Assembly: GCA_964557485.1 (NCBI GenBank)
Contig: CAZLAN010000002.1
Location: forward strand, 1-33,084
From: an uncultured Rhodobiaceae bacterium
GTDB lineage: Bacteria; Pseudomonadota; Alphaproteobacteria; MED-G09
Direction of reading: 5' to 3'
Length of the DNA stretch: 33,084 nucleotides
In this document: positions 27,877 through 33,084 of the stretch, piece by piece
Layout: each line of letters starts with the position of its first letter
Numbering within the stretch: the stretch's first letter is position 1
Made by a program: the position numbers and the translations under genes
The notes under the pieces: model-generated
What the model was told of the DNA's origin: nothing
The model's database searches: none
The model's input: only the letters and a program-made list of their open reading frames with translations

Positions 27877-29511
27877 TTACTCCTTGTTTGAAAAATTATT
27901 ACCCGCAGCATGACAACCTGCTAGATAACCGTAAGTAAGTGCAGGCCCTAAAGTTCCACCAGCTCCAGCATAAACAGAACCTGTACTTCCTGCCATGGCA
28001 TTACCAACAGTATATAGCCCTTCTATAATATCTCCCGAAGCTGAAAAAACACGACCATATTCATCAGTCTTAGCTCCACCATTTGTTCCTAATGCGCCAA
28101 TATCAATTTTTACAGCATAAAATGGAGCTTTATCTAACTTTCCTAAAGTTGAATAAACACCTGATTGAGAACGATCACCATAAAAGGAGTCGTATTTACT
28201 CTTTCCTCTAGAAAAATCAATATCCTCTCCATTATCAACATAAGTATTAAAAATATTGATAGTTTGATTTAAATTTTCAGTATGAATTTCAAGTTTCTCT
28301 GCTAGTTCATCCAGACTATCAGATTTATTAAACCAATCAGGGTCTTCCATTCCAGGCATAACATTTGAAAAAGGATATTTTTCTCTGAAGTTTGAATCAA
28401 ATATTATCCAGGCTGGAAGATTAGGATATCCATATTCGTTTGGATCAAAAAAATGAAAAGCACCCGCCATTGCAGAATAGTTAGTGGCCTCATTACAAAA
28501 TCTTTTTCCTGATTTATTAATCATTAAAGTATGAGGTAAGGTTCTTTCAATTAATACAGGGGCAGATTTTTGCTTACCATCTAACCATTCATCGTTTGGA
28601 ATAGATATTACTGGAGACCACCATGCACTTGTCATGTTTCCTAATGATGCACCAACTTCTTGAGTTAGTTTTAAACCATCCCCATCATTACCTGGCGGCG
28701 AAGCGGGAGCATTTAATGGTCCCCGAAGAAAATTATTAACTAATTCGGTATTCCATTCAAATCCTCCAGTTGCAATTATTACTCCTCGTCTAGCAAAAAT
28801 TTTAATAAGTTCTTCGTCTTTATTAATTTCAATACCAATAATTCTATTTCCCTCTTTTAATAATCTTTTTGTATTAATTTCTAAATGAGGTTCAATACCT
28901 TTATCAAGGCACCCCTTAAGAAGAGCCCCTACCAATGCTTGTCCCATTCCTCTGGAATCTTTGGAAATTCTTTCTTTCATTACTGATTCATCTACAAATC
29001 CAGTTCCTCCGCCAAGAGGAGTTTCACCAAGCATCATTGGAATAGGCATACCATTACTACGAACTTTTTTACTCCAATCACCAAGTTTAACAAAATCAAA
29101 AAGATTATTATCTAAAGCTCTTCCACCTCCCTCAATAGCACCAGGTCTATCTAGGTAATAATCAGGATAACCATCTAAGATATAAAATTTTGCTTCAGTT
29201 TTTTCTTCAATAAAGTCTATAACGGAAGCACAATTATCAACGAATGATTCTAAAAGATTTTGATCAATGTCGTTATTTGATAATGACATAAAGTAATCAA
29301 TTGCCTTTTGACGATCATCTTCTATGCCTTTTTCTTTCATATGACTATTATTCGGAGCCCAAATGATTCCACCAGAAACTCCAGCAGTACCTCCTACGAC
29401 ATCTTGTTTTTCAAAGAGACCTACTGAGGATCCATTTTCGTGCACTGCTAGAGCAGCCGTCATACCACTTGCCCCTGCTCCAAGAATTATTACATCATAT
29501 TCTAATTGCAT
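27877..29511 (-). CDS. FAD-dependent oxidoreductase, KstD / fumarate-reductase-flavoprotein-like
   Basis: 544 aa with N-terminal DVIILGAGASGMTAAL, GGTAGVSGGIIWAPNN, and C-terminal GLYTVGNAMAGS..YAGAGGTLGPALTYGYLAG. These resemble 3-oxosteroid 1-dehydrogenase family blocks as I remember them. Confidence 0.72.
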   Translation of the reverse strand: MQLEYDVIILGAGASGMTAALAVHENGSSVGLFEKQDVVGGTAGVSGGIIWAPNNSHMKEKGIEDDRQKAIDYFMSLSNNDIDQNLLESFVDNCASVIDFIEEKTEAKFYILDGYPDYYLDRPGAIEGGGRALDNNLFDFVKLGDWSKKVRSNGMPIPMMLGETPLGGGTGFVDESVMKERISKDSRGMGQALVGALLKGCLDKGIEPHLEINTKRLLKEGNRIIGIEINKDEELIKIFARRGVIIATGGFEWNTELVNNFLRGPLNAPASPPGNDGDGLKLTQEVGASLGNMTSAWWSPVISIPNDEWLDGKQKSAPVLIERTLPHTLMINKSGKRFCNEATNYSAMAGAFHFFDPNEYGYPNLPAWIIFDSNFREKYPFSNVMPGMEDPDWFNKSDSLDELAEKLEIHTENLNQTINIFNTYVDNGEDIDFSRGKSKYDSFYGDRSQSGVYSTLGKLDKAPFYAVKIDIGALGTNGGAKTDEYGRVFSASGDIIEGLYTVGNAMAGSTGSVYAGAGGTLGPALTYGYLAGCHAAGNNFSNKE

Positions 29512-29562
29512 TTATTTCCTTAAATTTACTCAACTTTAATGAAAGAATTCCATTTTATCTAT

Positions 29563-29592
29563 ATAAAAAAGGCCACTTAAAAGTGGCCTTTA
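29563..29592 (-). terminator. rho-independent terminator downstream of the TonB-dependent receptor gene
   Basis: The minus strand reads AAGGCCAC-TTTTAA-GTGGCCTT followed by TTTTTTATAT (plus-strand GGCCAC at 29571-29576 and GTGGCC at 29583-29588). It is the only GC-rich hairpin with a U-tract I found in the window. Confidence 0.7.
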
Positions 29593-29594
29593 AT

Positions 29595-29622
29595 AAAAAA
29601 TTACGAGGAGGTAATTTTTTTT
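29595..29622 (-). terminator. second, AT-rich hairpin directly after the receptor stop codon
   Basis: AAAAAATTAC-GAGGAG-GTAATTTTTT: 10-bp arms that are mostly A-T, flanked by T/A runs on both strands. Weak stem. Confidence 0.3.
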
Positions 29623-29630
29623 AGAAATAT

Positions 29631-31913
29631 TTAGAATTTATAACCAATTTTAACACCATATTCTCTAGGTGGGCCAGTAAATGCTACCCCGAAAGAAGAT
29701 GTAAAAGGAACTCTAACTTTATAATATTCTTCTTCAGTTAAGTTTTTACCAAATATCTTTAAGTACCAATTATCGTTTGCAGATGTATATTGTATATGTG
29801 CATCTACTAAATCTTGTTCACGATATTTAGCAAGAGCAGTGTTCATGGCATTACCTTCATATTCATCTTTATGAAAAATTGATGCACGGTATCTCATAGT
29901 TCCTGATGCGAGAGGATGTTCATAGTTAAGAGCGAAGTAATATGTCATTTCGGGTATTCCAGCAAAATCTTTATCTGAATCTGAAACACCATCACCATTA
30001 AAATCTACAAATGATTTGTGTGAGGCATCAACAGTGCCAAGTGAAAACTCTCCTTGAAGAAGATCTCCTTCAGTAAAGAGGCTCTCACCAATAATAGCAT
30101 TAATTTCAATTTCTATACCCTCTACTTCAGAATCAGCAACATTATTAATTCTTTGATAAATTTCAACACCTGATGTACCTGCTGTTGAAGTCTCATTTTG
30201 GAATAATTTTTGAATATCCATAAGATCATTCTTATAAAGCGCTAGATTTATCCGCACTCTATTGTCAAATAAGTCTGCCTTAACGCCAATTTCAAGTGCC
30301 TCAACTTCTTCAGGTTCAAAATAACCAGGTTTTTCTGCAAAAGTTAGATCTGCTACGGGTGCCCTAAAGGTATATCCACCTCCTTTAAAACCTGAAGTAT
30401 GACTTATATAAAACAAGACATCATCATTATAAAGATATTCTAAAGCAATTTTATGGGAAAAATCATCCCATTCTGCTTTATCAGTTATATCAAATCCTGC
30501 ACAATTATAACCTCCCCACCCAGCAATATCTATTTTGCCATCAGAAATATTTGGTAACGAAGTACACTTTCCAGAATTCAATAATGCCATTTTCACTCTC
30601 TTTTCTTCTTCGGCATATCTTCCACCAACTGTAAGTGATAAGCGATCATTAAAATCGTAAGTACCCTGGAAATAAACTGCTGTTTGCTCGGATATTTGAT
30701 TACCTATATTTGGTGAATCATTTAGACAAAAAGCATTTACCGAACAATACTTTCCTTGGCTTCTTTGCTCAACATATGTGAATTCTTGCTCAAATAAATA
30801 AATTCCAGTAGTAAAATTAAAAGGACCATCAAAATTAGATGCATAAATAATTTCTTGAGAATTCTGATGTTGCTTAATTGATGTTGCAGTTGAAACAATA
30901 TTTGCAGGAATTCCATCAAAGTCTGTTCCTGATTGGTCATTTTGCCTTATATGAGCAAAAATACCTGTTAGCGTACCTTGATCAAGGTCAAGATTCATTT
31001 CCAAAAGATAACGTTGTCTGTCATGGTCAATAGAAGAATTCCATTGAGATTCATCGGGATAAGTTTCATAGAATCCTCGAGGACCAGCGAGACCTGATGA
31101 TCCATCTGCATTTGAAGTTAAATGCATAGAAACACCTCCCCATCCCTCGGCCTCATGAAGTTCTGCCATTAAAAGAATTTCTAAAGCATCATTAGGAGTG
31201 TATCTTATGCTAGGTCTTATTATGGTTGTTTCACGATTCCCTGGTTCTGCCCCAGTACCACTCAGATCTTTAACATAACCATCTGTTTCCTTCCTTAAAA
31301 TTGCTAGTCTAGCATCTAAATTCTCAACAATTGTTCCATTTATAACGATACCAATATCTTGTCTTCCATCACTTCCGCCAGTTGCTTCAATTTTTGCAGA
31401 AAAACCTTCCTCAGGACGTTTTGAACGAGCAACAATTGCCCCGCCGGTAAAATTTCGTCCTAATACAGTACCTTGGGGTCCTCGAAGAATTTCTACACTT
31501 TCCCAATCCCATGTCTCCATCATTGACATGCCCAATTGACCTATATAAACGCCATCAATAATACTACCTACTGCAGGATCAAAACTAGGAACACTTCCAG
31601 ATGTTCCAGAGCCTCTTATAAAAAAAGCTGTATAGCCTGGGAAAGTACTTGTGTTTTTCAATTGTGCCCCAGGGACCAGTCTTCCAAACTCTTCAATATC
31701 GATAGCATCTACAGCATCAAGTCTAACATCTGTCAAAACTGTTGCTGCTATAGATAGATTTTGTACATTTTCCCCAACAGCAGTCTTTTGAGATGTAACT
31801 ACAATCTCTTCCAGTCCAGAAGTTAAATTTTCTCCTTCTTGAGCAAATGCTTTAAAACTTGTTATTGTTAAAATCACAGTTATGCAAAATATTATAAATT
31901 TAGTTAATTTCAT
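29631..31913 (-). CDS. TonB-dependent outer-membrane receptor
   Basis: 760 aa with a signal peptide (..TSFKAFAQE), the TonB-box/plug start EEIVVTSQKT, plug block VEILRGPQGTVLGRN, a long beta-barrel and a C-terminal aromatic residue (..KIGYKF). Confidence 0.85.
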   Translation of the reverse strand: MKLTKFIIFCITVILTITSFKAFAQEGENLTSGLEEIVVTSQKTAVGENVQNLSIAATVLTDVRLDAVDAIDIEEFGRLVPGAQLKNTSTFPGYTAFFIRGSGTSGSVPSFDPAVGSIIDGVYIGQLGMSMMETWDWESVEILRGPQGTVLGRNFTGGAIVARSKRPEEGFSAKIEATGGSDGRQDIGIVINGTIVENLDARLAILRKETDGYVKDLSGTGAEPGNRETTIIRPSIRYTPNDALEILLMAELHEAEGWGGVSMHLTSNADGSSGLAGPRGFYETYPDESQWNSSIDHDRQRYLLEMNLDLDQGTLTGIFAHIRQNDQSGTDFDGIPANIVSTATSIKQHQNSQEIIYASNFDGPFNFTTGIYLFEQEFTYVEQRSQGKYCSVNAFCLNDSPNIGNQISEQTAVYFQGTYDFNDRLSLTVGGRYAEEEKRVKMALLNSGKCTSLPNISDGKIDIAGWGGYNCAGFDITDKAEWDDFSHKIALEYLYNDDVLFYISHTSGFKGGGYTFRAPVADLTFAEKPGYFEPEEVEALEIGVKADLFDNRVRINLALYKNDLMDIQKLFQNETSTAGTSGVEIYQRINNVADSEVEGIEIEINAIIGESLFTEGDLLQGEFSLGTVDASHKSFVDFNGDGVSDSDKDFAGIPEMTYYFALNYEHPLASGTMRYRASIFHKDEYEGNAMNTALAKYREQDLVDAHIQYTSANDNWYLKIFGKNLTEEEYYKVRVPFTSSFGVAFTGPPREYGVKIGYKF

Positions 31914-31999
31914 TAATCCACCTCATTAATTATTATTTATATTAAATAATATGATACGAATAATTAAGAGTTGATAAAGTGAAATAGCTTAAAGAAATC

Positions 32000-32029
32000 A
32001 AAATGATATTGATTCTTGCGTATCATTTT
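32000..32029. promoter_or_regulatory. 9-bp inverted repeat in the receptor/SDR divergent intergenic region (candidate operator)
   Basis: AAAATGATA (32000-32008), 12-nt spacer, TATCATTTT (32021-32029). A further ATGATACG copy at 31951-31958 is inverted relative to CGTATCAT at 32019-32026. Confidence 0.25.
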
Positions 32030-32117
32030 TTTCTAATCAATGTGATAATGATTGCTATAAAATGTTCAATTTTTTAAGAATACCATAATTATAAATATAA
32101 TATTTAAAGGATAGAAA

Positions 32118-32906
32118 ATGGATTTAGGCATTAAAGGTAAAACAGCAATTATAAATGGAGGAAGCGCAGGTATGGGTAAGGGAAGTGCTTTAGCCCTTGC
32201 AAAAGAAGGTGTTAATTTGTTTATTTCCGCAAGAGGAGAGGAAAGGCTTCTTAAGACATGTGAAGAAATCCAAAAAGAAACAAGTGTTAATATAAATCCT
32301 ATAGTAGCTGATCATAGTTCAGATGAAGGAAGAGAAAAAATATTATCTGCCTGTCCTGATCCTGATATCTTAGTAGGGACATGCACACCACCTCCTTTTA
32401 CCTATAGTTATGAAAAAGTAAGTACTGATGAATGGAAACAAACTTTAGATGTATCTCTTCTTAGCCCAGTGGAATTTATGAGAACAATAGTTCCTGGTAT
32501 GGTTAAAAGAAAATGGGGTCGTATAGTAAATATTGGAACTGGCGCAGCAAAAACTCCAACAGAAGTAAGAATATTATCTGGACCGCCGAGAGCCGCTCTT
32601 GTAAATTATTCTGTTGCTGTCTCAAAAAAGGTAGCAAAACATAATGTTATAATAAATAATATTTTACCAGGAATGCATCATACAGCGAGCATAAAAGATA
32701 GATATAACAAGTTAGCTGAAGAAAATGGCACTTCCTATGATGAAGAAATTGAAAAATTTATCGATAATTGGAAGATTCCAGCTAAAAAATTTGGATCATC
32801 GAATGATTTAGGTGCTTTTGTTGCAATGTTTTGTAGTGAACAAGCGTCATATGTAATTGGACAAAGTCTTGTAATTGATGGCGGTATAGGTAATACGACT
32901 TTTTAG
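32118..32906 (+). CDS. short-chain dehydrogenase/reductase-fold protein with non-canonical active-site residues
   Basis: 262 aa with the Rossmann motif NGGSAGMGKG and the PG motif (NNILPG). T141/S154/R158 occupy the positions expected for the Ser/Tyr/Lys triad. AGGA RBS. Confidence 0.75.
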   Translation: MDLGIKGKTAIINGGSAGMGKGSALALAKEGVNLFISARGEERLLKTCEEIQKETSVNINPIVADHSSDEGREKILSACPDPDILVGTCTPPPFTYSYEKVSTDEWKQTLDVSLLSPVEFMRTIVPGMVKRKWGRIVNIGTGAAKTPTEVRILSGPPRAALVNYSVAVSKKVAKHNVIINNILPGMHHTASIKDRYNKLAEENGTSYDEEIEKFIDNWKIPAKKFGSSNDLGAFVAMFCSEQASYVIGQSLVIDGGIGNTTF

Positions 32907-32917
32907 GGAGCTTTAAA

Positions 32918-33084
32918 ATGACTGAAAAAACATTACTTCTAGATATTAAAGATAAAATTGCAACTATAACTATGAATAAGCCAGAAAGGAAAAATGCGCT
33001 TGATACCGAAATGATAAACCTTTGGGTAGATGCACTAGATGAATGTAGAGAAAATTCTAAAGTTTCTGCAATTATATTAACAGG
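32918..33084 (+). CDS. enoyl-CoA hydratase/isomerase family protein (5' part, runs off the window)
   Basis: ATG at 32918, 11 nt after the SDR stop, with a GGGAG RBS. It translates MTEKTLLLDIKDKIATITMNKPERKNALDTEMINLWVDALDECRENSKVSAIILT, a typical crotonase N-terminus (TLNRPE..NAL pattern). Confidence 0.65.
   Translation, partial: MTEKTLLLDIKDKIATITMNKPERKNALDTEMINLWVDALDECRENSKVSAIILT

Noticed and set aside
29601-29640. GAGGAGG at 29605-29611 looks like a strong plus-strand RBS.
   Set aside because: No start codon follows within a usable distance (the sequence is ...GGTAATTTTTTTTAG). The sequence is better explained as the loop of the AT-rich hairpin downstream of the receptor gene.
1-33084. 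Scan for CRISPR arrays, IS elements or transposases, phage genes, toxin-antitoxin pairs and defence-system hallmarks (unassigned helicase, nuclease or ATPase genes).
   Set aside because: Every ORF over 150 aa is accounted for by a recognisable metabolic or housekeeping family. No spaced direct repeats or terminal inverted repeats were seen by eye. A computational repeat search could still find short repeats I missed.

Overview
AT-rich (about 30% GC by eye), extremely gene-dense bacterial chromosome segment: 34 protein-coding genes (two cut by the window edges) plus one tRNA. Most intergenic gaps are under 25 nt, and several start/stop overlaps occur. Gene order points to a streamlined alphaproteobacterium, possibly a Pelagibacterales-like marine lineage (inference only). 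Positions 1-23.7 kb are core housekeeping: matB-like ligase, ggt, DmpA-like peptidase, tRNA-Arg(ACG), rmuC, rpmH-rnpA-yidC-engB-argB-HAD nucleotidase-dapD-dapE on the plus strand. Then come dnaX-recR-def-fmt-truA on the minus strand, nudC, amtB, kdsB-pheA and a membrane-anchored cytochrome c. Positions 23.8-33.1 kb look accessory: Rieske oxygenase alpha plus an NTF2/SnoaL_4 protein, a minus-strand operon of KstD-like flavoprotein, NmrA-like protein and cytochrome P450, a TonB-dependent receptor, a non-canonical SDR, and the start of an enoyl-CoA hydratase. I saw no rRNA, CRISPR, transposase, integrase or phage genes. Four items deserve a second look. (1) The TonB-receptor-linked oxidative cluster of unknown substrate. 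(2) A translationally coupled nudC / periplasmic beta-helix / diheme cytochrome trio of unknown function. (3) An A13 slippery run in dnaX, at the position where other bacteria make the gamma subunit, with stops in both alternative frames. (4) An orphan amtB with phased GTGTGTAA repeats upstream. All functional calls rest on motif recognition by eye; no database search was run.
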